The notes under the pieces were generated by a model, which was not told where the DNA came from, searched no databases, and was given only the letters and a program-made list of their open reading frames with translations. From the NCBI RefSeq assembly GCF_004010195.1, contig NC_057752.1, positions 12,836,381 to 12,900,380 on the forward strand: a DNA stretch of 64,000 bases, in the 5' to 3' direction. How positions within the stretch are numbered: position 1 is the stretch's first letter; every line of letters starts with the position of its first letter. The position numbers and the translations under genes are program-made. The stretch comes from Chiloscyllium plagiosum. Lineage: Eukaryota. Positions 12,471 to 25,100 of this stretch are shown here, in pieces.

Positions 12471-12984
12471 AGTGATCACATTCCTGACTGACAAGGGCCT
12501 GATGGGCCGAAGGGCCTCTTTCTGCACTGTTAAAATAACCCTGTTCGCTATGCCTTTCTGTGACTCTTTATTTTCTTTTGATAAGCCAGGATCCTGTGGA
12601 CATTTCAAGAAAAAATTCATAGAGTATTAACTTTAGCAGCCATGTTGAGCTCTGCTCAAGAGATAAGGTATGATCTTAGGATCTGAGCAGTAATATAGGT
12701 AAATATTTTATTCTGTACCAAACTCCTCCATGTGAAATAGTCCTTGAAGACCCAAGTACCTATGCACTCGTTCCAATAAATATTTTTCTTGTAAAAGTCA
12801 TCTGGCTTTCTACAAACTTGTCTCCATTGGAAATATCAGTTTCTCTGAGGTCAGGCAGTTATGGGTTTAAGCCCGCTTGAAGTCCTGAGGCCTGTTTGAG
12901 GCTGTCACTGGTTGTGCTGCACTCTTGTGGCTACTGTCCTTCGGATAAAACAGCAAGCTTGTCCTAGGATTCAGGCAGTGATCC

Positions 12985-14010
12985 AAGAATGGTACAACAC
13001 AGGAACAGGCCCTTCGGCCCTCCAAGCCTGTGCCGACACATTTTGCCCTTCCATATTAAAACTCTCTTCTCTTACAGGATCCATATCCCTCTACTCCCTT
13101 CCTATTCATGTATTTATCCAGGTGCTTGAATGCTGCTATTGTGTCTGCTTCCACCACCTCCTCTGACAACATGTTCCAGGCACTCATCACCCTTTGTGTG
13201 AAAAACCTGCCTCACACATCTCTTTTAAGCTTTTTTCCTCGCATCTTGAACCTGTGTCCCCTAGTAATTGACCCCTTCACCCTGCGAAAAAGCCTCATAC
13301 TTTCCACTCTATCCATGTCATTCACAATCTTATAAACTTCTATCAGGTTGCCCCTCAACCTCCTGTGTTCCAGTGAAAACAAACCGTCTATCCAACCTTT
13401 CTTCCGAGCTAAAATCCCCCATACCAGACAACATCCTGGTAAACCTTTTCTGTACCCTCTCCAGAGCATCCACATCCTTCTGGTAGTGGGGTGACCAGGA
13501 CTGTCTGCAGTTTTCCAGGTGTGACCTAACAAAAGTTCTCTTTTCTCATTGGAATGAAGAAGGATGAGAGGTGACTTGATAGAGGTGTACAAAATGATAA
13601 GAGGTATATACAGAGACTTTTTCCCAGGGCAGAAATGGCTATCATGAGAGGGCTTAATTTTATGGTAATTAGAGGAAGGTTTAGGGGAGATGTCAGAAGT
13701 AGGTTCTTTACACAGAGAGGAGTGGGTGCATGGAATGCACTGCCAGCAATGGTGGTAGAGTCAGAGACATTAGTGATATTTAAGTGACTCTTGGATAGGC
13801 ACATGGATAATAGTAAAATGAAGGGTATGTATGTTAGTTTAATCTTAGAATAGGATTAAAGTTCGGCACGACATTGAGGGCTGAAGGGCCTGTACGGTTG
13901 TGTATTCTGTGTTTTATAAAGCTGCAGCATAACCTGCCTGTACGTTTATATTCACTGCCCCTTCCAATGAAGTCAAGTATGCCGTTGGCCTTTTTTACTA
14001 CCTTATCTAC
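12985..14010 (-). mobile_element. CR1 3' fragment (minus) interrupted by a second CR1 3' fragment (plus, ~13538-13912)
   Basis: Minus GLFSLEHRRLRGNLIEVYKI; plus-strand aggatgagaggtgacttgatagaggtgtac...gggctgaagggcctgtac; the minus copy resumes at ttttataaagctgcagcat. The stack sits between Deu-like SINE halves (12840-12950 and 14030-14200). Confidence 0.8.
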
Positions 14011-14869
14011 CTTAAAGATCAAAAACCTAATGCTACTCTTGAAAGAAATATAGGGCAGTGTCTGAAACAACTCCATTCCTTAGCAATCACTGTCAAGAAT
14101 AGACTGCCATTTTATTGCTCTGTACAAAATGGCAGCTGTGCTTGTGTACTTAACAATAAATACCATTCAAATTGACTCATTGTTTGTAAAACGTTTGGGG
14201 TGAGAGTGGCGCAGGGGTCCAGGTTTACATTCTGGGGAGCATGGGCTCATGTCCCATTGTGGGTGCTGGTGGAATTTAAGTTTTTTCATCACATTTGGAA
14301 TATAAAGTTTGTCTCAATGATGGTGACTGTGAAACTATTGCCAGTGGTCATTGACAACCCACCTGGTTCACTAATATCGGCCATCCTTACTTGGTCTGGC
14401 TTATGTGTGGCTCCAGACTGCATAGTGACATGCTTAATTGCTCTCTGAAGTGGCCGCACAATTCAAGGGCAATTAGGGATGGGCAAGAAATGATGGCATC
14501 CCCTTGTAATTAAATGGCACCAATTGAATGAGAAGTGACATCACTTGGCTTTGGGCTATGATTTAGAAGTCCCAGAACAGGAGTTTCATGACAGACTTGA
14601 GTCAGCTTAATTCCTGAGGATTGGATGGATCTGTGTGTACGTTATGCTCTCTCCTGGGAATTGGGGGCAGGCTGGATTTGGGTCTCCTGTTTCCCAAAGC
14701 AGGCCTGTGCTGCGAATGGTCATGGGTGGAAAGAAGGCCAGTAGGTTAACAGACCCTGCTCCCTGTTTATTGGGTCCGAGTTCTGTGGATGACTGTCAAC
14801 CCCCTACAGTCCTTCCTCCTTCCCCATGCTCCTCCAGTCATTTTCTTCCATTCGATATAAAATGAACAG

Positions 14870-15990
14870 TTAATCATGAGGAAGAAATTTGAATATGAGA
14901 GGAAGCTAGTTAGAAATGTGAAAATAGCAAGAGTTTCAGCATGTATTTAAAAAGGAAAAGTGCAAATAATGAGTGTGTTGTTCCTGTGGAGAGTGAGAAT
15001 GGCGAGTTCATAGTTAATAATAAGGAAATGGTGGATGAAATGAATAAATATTTTGCTTCTGTCCACACTATAGATGATATAAAAAAATTCCAATAAAAGT
15101 TGTAAATCAGGAGGTGGGAGGGAGAGTGAAACTTAGTCAAATTCTCGTCACAGGGGAACTGATATGAAACTAACTGATGGAGCTGTGGACAGATAAGTCT
15201 CCAGGTCACGGCGGGCTGCATTCTAGAGTCTTTAAAAGAAGTTGCTAATGAGATAGTGGATGTGTTTCTGTTAGTTTTCCAAAATTCCCTAGTTTCAGGA
15301 ATGTGGCAAAAATAACCCCTCTGTTCAAGAAGGGATGGAGGTGGAGAACAATTAACTGTAGGTCAGTTAGCTTGATATCCTTCATGGAAAGGTGTTAGAA
15401 TTAATTATTAAAGAGAAATTTTTAAAATATATAAGTCAGGAAGCGTGAGGATGGTTTCATCGAAGCGAAATCTTGATTAACCAATTTATTGTCGTTCTCT
15501 GAAGGATTAATGCACGCTATGGATAAAGGGGTGCCTGTAGATGTACTGAACTTGGATTTCCAGAAGGCATTTGGTAAGGTGCCGCACCAAAGATTATTGG
15601 GGAAAATAAAAGTTGATGGTGTCAGGGAAACGTATTAGCATGGAGAGAAAATTGGCTGGCTGACAGAAAACAGAGTGTATTCATACATGGGTCTTTGACA
15701 GTGTGATGCATGAGGTCCTGCAGGTGCCTATGCTGGAAGCTCACCATTTTCTAATTTCTATCAATCACTTGGATGAAACGGGTGAAGGCATGTAACTAAA
15801 TTCACATTCAATGCCAGGATAAGCAGCAAACAATGTTGTGAAGGAGGTATAAAGATGTTGGAGACAGATACAGATGGATTAAGTGAGTGAACAAAAATCT
15901 CGACAGAATATAATATGAGAAAATGTGAAGTTGTTCATTTTGGTAGGAAGAATAAAAAATAGGTGGAGCTTTACTAAAATGGAGAATGGC
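14870..15990 (+). mobile_element. Heavily decayed CR1 ORF2 fragment
   Basis: aataaatattttgcttctgtc (NKYFASV), gataagtctccaggt (DKSPG), ttggatttccagaaggcatttggtaaggtgcc (LDFQKAFGKVP), cattttggtaggaag (HFGRK). Confidence 0.8.
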
Positions 15991-16404
15991 TGCAGAATGG
16001 GATATTGAGGCGATGGAAGGATTTAAACACAAGAATGAGATTCCAGGATTGAGGAGAATCCAGGACCAGCATAGAGAGCATGGGGTGGGGGGGGGGGGGG
16101 GATTGAATAGGGCTTGGTTTCAATTATTTCCCCTCATATACATAAATGGCAAGTGTGAGCAAAATGCAAGCTTTCTTGGCTTGTATTGAAAAGAGTATTG
16201 AGGTTATGCATCAGATGAAGAGGGTGAGTGGAGTGTGAGATGCTGAGGATGTTTAAGGTGTTTTATGAAGAGTTTATAGAGCGAGATTCAGAGGGACCAA
16301 GTCATGCAGTGGATCAAATCACTTGGGGATGGTGCAAGATCATAAATAATAGAATCATAAGTCATAACTTGCAAGTGTTAAAACAGCACGAAAAGAACCA
16401 ACAG

Positions 16405-17065
16405 GTTCATCGTCCTCAATCTAGTCTACTGCATTCACTGCTTACAATGTGGTCTCCTCTACATTGGGGAAACGAAGCATAGACTGGGTGGTAACTTCAC
16501 AGAGCACCTATGTTCTGTCTGCAAAAAAGACCCTGAGCTTCTAATTGCTGACCACCTCAACACCCCACCCTGTTCTCTGGTCAACATTTCTGTCTCAGGC
16601 TTGCTGCAGTGAAGCTGGAAGAACAGCACCTCATTTTCCACTTGGGCACTCTACAGCCTTCTGTACTCCATATCGAGATCAACAATTTTAGGGCTTCTCC
16701 CATGTCCTTACCTCAACACACCTTGTTATCACACAGTCTGCTATTACAAACAGCCCATAGTTAGCCAATAACAGTCCCCATTACCTGCTATTCACCCTCC
16801 CAGCCAGATCATTATTGACTCCTTTGTCTTTCCAATAGTCCTTCTCCCACTTTAGGTTCTATCCCCACCTATTGTTTATTCCTTAGCCCCTACATATCTT
16901 CTACATATCTTCTACATATATCTTCTACATATCTTCTACATATAAACCAACACTTTCCTGGCTACCATCAGTTCTGAGGAAGCGTCACTGGTCCCAAAAC
17001 TTTGATTTCTCATCACAGATGCTGCCGGACCTGCTGAGCTTTTCCAGCAACTTCTGTTTTTGTCC
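16405..17065 (+). mobile_element. PLE 3' region: GIY-YIG endonuclease remnant plus terminal repeat
   Basis: aatctagtctactgcattcactgcttacaatgtggtctcctctacattggggaaacg = NLVYCIHCLQCGLLYIGET; ends in degenerate ctgagga...caaaac motif and gatgctgccggacctgctgagc. Confidence 0.85.
16890..16944. repeat. Short tandem repeat, 11-bp unit ctacatatctt, about 5 copies
   Basis: Read directly in sequence. Confidence 0.85.
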
Positions 17066-17356
17066 CCTAAACTGGTATTGTGCAAAGAAATAGAATTAAT
17101 TAACACCACATAGGGAAGGCACACCCTCCCCAACACCAGGTAATAGCAATTTTAATATGGTGGATTTTACATTCCATTTGAAGGAGAGAGAAGTGTAGGT
17201 CTAAGACTAATGTTTTAAACTTAAATAAGAGCAATATAAGGGCATGAAAACAGAGGTGGCAAAAGTGAATTGGTAAAGTGAGCTGACAATTTAAAGGGTA
17301 TGTTAACAGAGATGTGGTGGTAGATATTTAAGGGGATATTTCAGAATAGGTATGAA

Positions 17357-17490
17357 AGTGAGGAAGGGTCACTGGACCCGAAACGTTAACTCTGATTTCT
17401 CTTCACAGATGCTGCCAGACCTGCTGAGCTTTTCCAGCAATCTCTGCTTTTATTTCTGATTTATAGCATCCATAATTCTTTTGGTTTTTA
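17357..17490 (+). mobile_element. PLE terminal repeat starting at the hammerhead motif
   Basis: gTGAGGAaGGGTCactgGACCCGAAAcgttaactc followed by gatgctgccagacctgctgagcttttccagc. Confidence 0.8.
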
Positions 17491-17889
17491 TTTTGGTTCA
17501 TGATCCTCATTGGGATTAAATAGGTCAGATTGCAAGATTTAAATAAATTGAAGGGATCTTGATGGATTGGATAGGGAGAAGCTGTTTCCACTTGCAGGAC
17601 CTTCACTCTCTGGGGATGTGAACTGATAACCATAGCCAAAAAAAGGGGAGCATTGAGTTTTATTTTGTTGTGCAGTGTGTTCTGATGATCTGGAACACAT
17701 CTGAAGCAGATTCAAGAATGATTTTCAAAGGGAGTCAGATACATATGCAAGAAAGCAAGATTCACAGGGCTGTGGGGAAAGAGCAGGATAGTGAAACTAA
17801 TTGGATAATTCCACCTTAGAGCCAGCCAGGCATGTGGACGATTGACTCCCTATATACTGTACTGTAAGATTCTATAATGTTACGATATG

Positions 17890-18540
17890 GAGACAGCGTC
17901 ACAGGTAGGCAGGATGGTTACGAAGATGTTTGGCACACTTGCCTTCATTGCTAAGATCTTTGAGTGTAGGAGTTTGGATGTCATATCGAGGTTACACAGG
18001 ACATTGAAGTCCCTTCTGGATTACTGTGTCCAGTTCTGGTCGCCCTGCTAAAGGAAGGATGTTATTAAGCTAGAGTAGATTGAGAAGAGATTTACCAGGA
18101 TGTTGCTGGGAATGGAGGGTTTGGGTTCTCTGGATAGGCTGGAACTTTTTTCACTGGAGCGTAGGAGGTTGAGGGGTGAACTTATAAATTTTTATAAAAT
18201 CATGAAGGGTATAGATAAGGGGAATAGCAGGTGTCTTTTCCCTAGGGTAGGGGATTTCAAGACTAGGGGATGTATGTTTAAGGTGAGAGGAGGAAGTTTT
18301 TAAAAAAAGACGTGAGGGACAATTTTTTTACAGAGAGGGTGGTTCATGTGTGGAATGAACTTCCTGAGGAAGTGGTAGATGTGGGTACAGTTACAATGTT
18401 TAAAAGATATTTAGATAAGGACATGAATAGGAAAGGTTTGGAGGGATATGGGCCAGGAGCAGACAGGTGGGACTTGGGATTATGGTCTGCATGGACTGGT
18501 TGGACCGAAGGGTCTGTTTCCATGCTGTATGACTCTGACT
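17890..18540 (+). mobile_element. CR1 LINE 3' fragment
   Basis: LELFSLERRRLRGELINFYKIMKG and FFTERVVHVWNELPEE; tail tgactctgact. Confidence 0.9.
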
Positions 18541-19330
18541 GAATCAGCCTTTTGACCTCTGTATTCCCAATACAGTAAGAGTCGACAGTGGAAGACCCCG
18601 TACAATCACTCTGATAGTTCTTAACCTGACTTTTGAATAAGCAATTCCAGACTTTGCAAATCATTAATTTCCAGACATTGAATTTGTATCTCAAACAAAA
18701 AAAACTCAACTATCAATTAACTATACAATTATTTTAGCTGAGAGAAAATTAAACACACAGTGACTAAATTTCAAAAGTACTTCATCAAATGTGAAGTGCT
18801 TCGGGCCGTCTTCTGGATGTGAAAGGCCAATGTGTAAAGACTTTTTCTTTTAAGATGGAACCAGCTCATCAGTGACTTTTTCCCAGACTTGCCTTCAAAT
18901 CCTTTTTAAAAGGAGGCTTGCTTTCATGAAGATCGAGTCTCAGCATCAATAGTTCTGCCACAACCACTCTATCAGAGCCTCACCATAACTGAAGCATTTT
19001 CACAAAGCAGATATTTCACAAATGAGATTTTTTTTTGAAGACCATTACCATGGAAAACAAATATAAAAGAGTGAGCAATAATGTAGAGCTTTGTAAACAT
19101 TATTGCAAGTGACAGCATGAGGGGAGATCATGGCCATTGAATAAGCCAGGATGTGTGAGTGCCTCTCTAATGTTGATTCAGATGCCTCTTGCTGCCAGTA
19201 ACTGTTCTAAAAGATCAAGTTATCTCCTTGGCAACTCATTGTTCAGATTTAAAAAAATTTAGCAACAAGTGATGCCAATTTGTGCGATGTTGTGCTCACA
19301 CTGTTGACGAATGGGGCTGATGGTAGTAGG

Positions 19331-19459
19331 TGAAAGTGAGGACTGCAGGTGCTGGAAACCAGAGTTTAAATCAGAGTGGTGCTGGAAAAGCACAGCAGGT
19401 CAGGCAGCATCCGAGGAGTAGGAAAATCAACGTTTCGGGCAAAAGCCCTTCGTCAGGAA
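19331..19459 (-). mobile_element. Solo PLE terminal repeat with hammerhead motif and 13-bp TSD
   Basis: Flanks tgatggtagtagg (19318-19330) and tgatggaagtagg (19460-19472). Confidence 0.8.
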
Positions 19460-19460
19460 T
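19421..19460 (-). ncRNA. Minimal type I hammerhead ribozyme motif (PLE-associated)
   Basis: Minus strand auuc CUGACGA a GGGC uuuu GCCC GAAA cg UU gauu: intact CUGANGA and GAAA cores, 4-bp stem II, palindromic ACGU in place of stem III. Activity not shown. Confidence 0.7.
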
Positions 19461-19639
19461 GATGGAAGTAGGCCTCGTGTCCAAATTTCAGGCACGGCAT
19501 TATTGCCTTAAAATATAGAGAATAGGGATAAGACGTTAGGAACAAGAAATGGCCATTCAGTGCTTCCAGCCTATTCAGCCATTCAATGGGAACAGTCTGC
19601 CTCTTCCCTCCATATTCCTTCCTTGCTTTATCAAAAATC

Positions 19640-20240
19640 AGAATCTAGGAATACTTCTACAAGTAACTCACTTCCTGATTACCCAGAGCCTGTCTACCAT
19701 CTACAAGGCACAAGTCAGGAGTTTGTTGGAATATTCCCCACTTGCCTTGGTGGGTATAACTCCAATAGCATTCAAGAAGCTTGACACCATCCTGGACAAA
19801 GTAGCCCCCTTGATTTGCACTCCACCCATAAGCATCCACTCCCTCCACCACCGACGCTCAATAGCAGCAGTGTGTACTATCCACCAGATGCACTGCAGAA
19901 ATTCACAAAGATCCTCAGACAGCACCTTCCAAACCCACAACCACTTCCATCTAGAAGGACAAGGGCAGCAGATACATGGGAACACCATCCCCTGCAAGTT
20001 CCCCTCCAAGCCCCTCACCATCCTGACTTGGAAATATATCACTGTTCCTTCAGTGTCGCTGGGTCAAAATCCTGGAATTCCCTCCCCAAAGGGTGGATGT
20101 GGTGGAGAGGTGTGATGGAGGAGATGGAAGTGTGATGGGTCAACCTATAGCACATGGACTGCAGCAGCTCAAGAAGACAGCTCACCACCACCTTCTGAAT
20201 GGGCAGAAGGCCATGTCCCATGAGTGAATAAAAAAAGCTA
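19640..20240 (+). mobile_element. LINE-B 3' portion
   Basis: STIYKAQVRSLLEYSPLALVGITPIAFKKLDTILDK; tail cccatgagtgaataaaaaaa. Confidence 0.85.
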
Positions 20241-20548
20241 TCCATGACAATTTTTTCAATATTTAAAAAAGTAAGTAAACTTTATCTTGCAATCGAAGTC
20301 TTTGTGATCAACCACAATCCCCTAAAAAGGATCCTAATAATGCAATTGATGACAAGACTGGCTTCATTCAAGTGTCCCCAGCAGTGAAGACCCTTTTCTA
20401 AGAGAGACCCATTTTAAATTTCCACTTTCTTCACAGTTTGCTTTAATTTTAATCATATATTTGGCATCCATACCGCGTGAGCAGCTGATTCCTGTCTGAA
20501 AGGGCATAAGTAAATTGAAGTTGAATTGTGCAAAACCTGGATTGGCAT

Positions 20549-20900
20549 TTAGAATCCTAGAATCCCTACAGTGTGGAAACAGGCCCTTCAGCTCAACAAG
20601 TCCACACTGACCCTCCAAAGAGTAACCCACCCAGACCCATTCCCCTACTCTAATATCCTATATTTACCTCTGACTCACGCACCTAACCTACACATCCTGA
20701 ACACTGTCGGTAATTTAGCATGGCCAATTCACCTAACCTGCACATCTTTGGATTGTGGGAGCAAACCGGAGCACTCGGAGGAAACCCACATAGACACGGG
20801 GAGAATGTGCAAACGCAACACAGGCAGTCGCCCGAGGCTGGAATCAAACCCAGCTCCCTGGCGCCGTGAGGCAGCAGTGCTAATTACTGAGCCACTCTGC
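20549..20900 (-). mobile_element. HE1-like V-SINE
   Basis: Minus strand gtggctcagtaattagcactgctgcctcacggcgccaggg; tttgcacattctccccgtgtc; gggtttcctccgagtgctccggttt; CR1-like tail. Confidence 0.85.
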
Positions 20901-21121
20901 AGTCCCTTTTAAGTTAACTGGCACAATCACTGGAAAATAGATTTACCCAGTTCTTTCTAGCTGAATCTGTTGCTGGGCCTTTGCCTGTGTTGTTATGATA
21001 CCATGCGCCAGGCAGTGTGTACAAGTGAACCTCTGAGTCTTTTCTCACTCACTGCTGCCGGATGCCATACCTCTCTCAGTGCATGCCCCTGGCATTATGG
21101 GTGAACTCATCAATTCAGTGT

Positions 21122-21960
21122 TCAAAGTTTGTGAGAAGATTCGTAGCTCGGTTGTTCGTTGCTGTGGTTCTGTTCGCCGAGCTGGAAGTTTTTGTTGCAA
21201 ACGTTTCATCCCCTGTCTACGTGACATCCTCAGTGCTTGGGAGCCTCCTGTGAAGCGCTTCTGTGGTGTTTCCTCCGGCATTTATAGTGGCCTGTCCCTG
21301 CCGCTTCCAGTTGTCAGTTTCAGCTGTCCGCTGTAGTGGCCGGTATATTGGGTCCAGGTCTATGTGTTTGTTGATGGAGTTTGTGGATGAGTGCCATGCT
21401 TCTAGGAATTCCCTGGCTGTTCTTTGTTTCGCTTGCCCTATAATGGTAGTGTTGTCCCACTCAAATTCATGTTGCTTGTCGTGACAGGGGACGAAACGTT
21501 TGCAACAAAAACTTCCAGCTAGGCGAACAGAACCACAGCAACGAGCACCCGAGCTACAAATCTTCACCCAAACTTTATTCATAATTGTTATTCTGTGGTA
21601 AGAGTCTATTTATTTGCAACCAAAATTAGATGTTGTTAAATACAGGAACCTGGCCTGTAATTTCAATTACCTTGAGTCTATTTGGGCAAGCGAAACAAAG
21701 AACAGCCAGGGAATTCCTAGAAGCTTGGCACTCATCCACAAACTCCATCAACAAACACATCGACCTGGACCCAATATACCGGCCACTACAGCGGACAGCT
21801 GAAACTGACAACCAGAAGCGGCAGGGACAGGCCACTATAAATGCCGGAGGAAACACCACAGAAGCGCTTCACAGGAGGCTCCCAAGCACTGAGGATGTCA
21901 CGTAGACAGGGGACGAAACGTTTGCAACAAAAACTTCCAACTCGGCGAACAGAACCACAG
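21122..21960. mobile_element. Compound inverted PLE insertion (family P2) with GIY-YIG C-terminal fragments and 11-bp TSD
   Basis: HEFEWDNTTIIGQAKQRTAREFLEAWHS...INKHIDLDPIY on minus (21125-21482) and plus (21681-21960); caattcagtgt at 21111-21121 and 21961-21971. Confidence 0.85.
21886..21925 (+). ncRNA. Minimal hammerhead ribozyme motif (family P2 terminal repeat)
   Basis: GCA CUGAGGA u GUC acguagacaggg GAC GAAA cg UU UGC: core intact, 3-bp stem I (GCA/UGC), ACGU palindrome; inverted copy at ~21196-21237. Confidence 0.65.
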
Positions 21961-22084
21961 CAATTCAGTGTAAATGGATGGAAATCCATTTTCTCACCCT
22001 CTGCAGTGCAGTCCAGTGTGCCATCAATCTGATCTAGCTCTTGAATGGGAGATGGCAACATGACCAACACTTAGACAATTATAA

Positions 22085-22280
22085 AGTCACCATAGTCTTA
22101 CCAGACCATCGGGTGACTCTCTTGTTAGAGGTGACTGGTGGTGTATTAACCTGAGGGTCACCATACCTCAGGCAAGGGGGAGGTTGAGGAGGAGCATAGG
22201 ACGAGAGTCCTTCATGGTGGTGTGAAAGTTGAACCCACACTGCTGGCATCACTTTGCATCACAAACCAGCTAACTGAGCA
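22085..22280 (-). mobile_element. tRNA-derived SINE family C
   Basis: Similar to 845-990 and 44220-44395; minus strand ctcagttagctggtttgtgatgcaaagtgatgccagcagtgtgggttcaa. Confidence 0.65.
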
Positions 22281-22565
22281 CCAAAGTCTATTATAGAGCC
22301 CCTAAGCCAACACCACAATGACTTTTCAACTGAAAAAAAAGTTAATGGATATTACAGAAATAGGTGGTGGAAAAAGAATGCACTTAGTTGGATGGAGTTC
22401 TATCTAATTATTTTTCATTTTGAGAGGAGCAGGTGGTAAGGCTCCCTTTTAACTTTCGGCTTGTGAATTTACAGAAGCAGCGTGACAGGGCCTAGGCCCA
22501 GTGCCCAGCTCGGACACGAGGGCTCTTTAGCACTGATCCCTGTGACACTCTTACTCATTACATCT

Positions 22566-23065
22566 NNNNNNNNNNNNNNNNNNNNNNNNNNNNNNNNNNN
22601 NNNNNNNNNNNNNNNNNNNNNNNNNNNNNNNNNNNNNNNNNNNNNNNNNNNNNNNNNNNNNNNNNNNNNNNNNNNNNNNNNNNNNNNNNNNNNNNNNNNN
22701 NNNNNNNNNNNNNNNNNNNNNNNNNNNNNNNNNNNNNNNNNNNNNNNNNNNNNNNNNNNNNNNNNNNNNNNNNNNNNNNNNNNNNNNNNNNNNNNNNNNN
22801 NNNNNNNNNNNNNNNNNNNNNNNNNNNNNNNNNNNNNNNNNNNNNNNNNNNNNNNNNNNNNNNNNNNNNNNNNNNNNNNNNNNNNNNNNNNNNNNNNNNN
22901 NNNNNNNNNNNNNNNNNNNNNNNNNNNNNNNNNNNNNNNNNNNNNNNNNNNNNNNNNNNNNNNNNNNNNNNNNNNNNNNNNNNNNNNNNNNNNNNNNNNN
23001 NNNNNNNNNNNNNNNNNNNNNNNNNNNNNNNNNNNNNNNNNNNNNNNNNNNNNNNNNNNNNNNNN
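22566..23065. other. Assembly gap (500 N)
   Basis: Run of N; the round length suggests a scaffolding placeholder, so the true distance across it is unknown. Confidence 0.98.
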
Positions 23066-23584
23066 TTTGAAATGTCACAGCATTCAAGACTAAAGACCTG
23101 GTATGGGAAAGTGAGACAAGTGTTGATTTTGTGTAGCTTTGGCAGAACAGACTCGATGTGCTGAAGGGTCTCTTCTGTATCGTGTGATTCTATGACTAGT
23201 CTGGTAACTTGCCCATTATGCCACCATCTCCCCAACCAGTTGAATCTCCTCAGGGTAGTTTGTCCTTGGTCACAAGGTTTGGTGAAGTTTGAACCATTTT
23301 CCCTAGCCTATCCTAGCCACTATTGATGCCAACTTCTTTGGACTGATACTTCCATGGTTATAACACTCTTTGAGTCTCATAGCATGTATTCATTGCCATT
23401 GCTAATAATAATGTTCATTCCTGCTTCTTACTACAGTTTCATCCAGCTTCCTTCTAATGACAGTTAATCAATGTGTTCACTGAGACTATGCTCCACACAC
23501 CCACTGTCCCTTCGGAAATAGATTCTTTGAATTATTGGCCTTGCAATTTGAGATTTGCATTCTTTGGTCCCATGTTCTTGATCT

Positions 23585-23685
23585 TAGCTTAATGAAGGAT
23601 CCTGCCCGAAATGTCGACTCTCCTGCTCCTCCGATGCTGCTGGACCTGCTGTGCTTTATTCCAGCTCCGCATTTTATCCACTCCA
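23585..23685 (+). mobile_element. Decayed PLE terminal repeat
   Basis: gcccgaaatgtcgactctcctgctcctccgatgctgctggacctgctgtgc. Confidence 0.7.
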
Positions 23686-24829
23686 ACAGATTCATGCTGA
23701 CTAGTTTGTTATCGTTGCTTCTGGTCCCAAGTGCCAAGATCTATGTTCCTTGTGTCCATGTCCTAATGGAAGTCTGAATTCCCTGTACAATTCCAAAGGA
23801 ACCTCTTATGCAACACAAAAGGTTGACTTACAATTGGTTACCTACAGGTGCATCACGGTAGTTTGTTCATCTTGTTGAGACCAGTGTTGTCTTCACTTTG
23901 AATCATACCACGTGCTGGCTGTTGGCTTGTGTGAATGAATCCATGGGATTCTGGATGGCTCCCCATAGGGTGAATTGAGGCCACAATCCATGATCTTTAA
24001 GGGGTCGAATGGTCTATTCCTGCAACTAATTGGCTTGTTTATGTTAGGCAGTGGGTGGTACTTTCCAATAACATTGGACTCTTGGTCAAAATTGCCATCC
24101 ACTGATTCATTAAAACAGGACAATATTCTCTATAAGGTGTGGGGCTGCTCCAACATTGCGCACGTAGGAATGGGCGTCTGGGTGCCATTCACCGTATGAC
24201 GTCCAGTTCCGGAAGTTGCTACCATGCACAGACCTTGGAGGTCCATGCAAATGGAAACAAAATTGACAGAACTGCTGCCCACCAGCATAGTGAACAACCA
24301 CTGTCACTCGTACAATGGATAACATATTTCACTGTGGATCAGAAACCTGGAGGTTTACTTTCAGCCCATGGTTGCTCCTGAACTGAGCATAAAGTTGCTC
24401 CGTGACAACATCATGTCCATGTCTGTAAACTCACCTTCCTCTACTTTACCATTCTTTTCAGAATCCTCCCAGGATGAAGAAATTCAATGGGATTAGGACT
24501 AGCTGGGTAGCTCTTTCAGGAGCCAGTACAGACATGATGGACTGAATAGCCTCATGTACTGCAAAATTTTATGATGGATTCCAATCCATTGTTGTTTGGA
24601 GCCATTCCTCTAATTATTGGTCAGAAACAGTGTATATCATGGAGGGTAATGTAAATTGTACCTTGTAGCCTTAGTTCAGATTGCATTACATTTGTGCTGC
24701 AAATTGCTAGCATTTTTTTAACCAATTAAACAATGGCGAGGGTGATTAGTTGACCATTACATTTCCAGCGATATGTAGCCCATTATTTGTGACTGAGGTC
24801 ATTGGTAGTCAAACAGAAACGATGCTCTA

Positions 24830-25100
24830 GCAGGGATACTCTCAGAATAAGAGGATGGCCCTTTAAAACTGAGATGAGGAGGAATTTCTTCACCCAAAGT
24901 GAGGTGAATCTTTGGAATTCTATCCCTCTGAGAGCTATGGAAACTCAATCGCTAGGTATGTTCAAGACTGAGATTGGTCAACTTTTGACATTTGAAAAAC
25001 ATCGATGGATACAAGGGTAGTAGAGGGTAGTGTTTTTGAAGTGAGAGCACAGCCATGATTTTGTTAAATGGCATAGTGTTGTCAAAGGGCTGCTCCTGTT
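24830..25100 (+). mobile_element. CR1 3' fragment
   Basis: LRIRGWPFKTEMRRNFFTQSEVNLWNSIP. Confidence 0.8.

Noticed and set aside
22482..23235. Long ORFs of 178-225 aa
   Set aside because: Artefacts of translating the 500-N gap.
23893..24381. Overlapping 70-80 aa ORFs as exon or RTE-LINE remnant
   Set aside because: No recognisable motif in any frame; only a vague resemblance to an RTE C-terminus.
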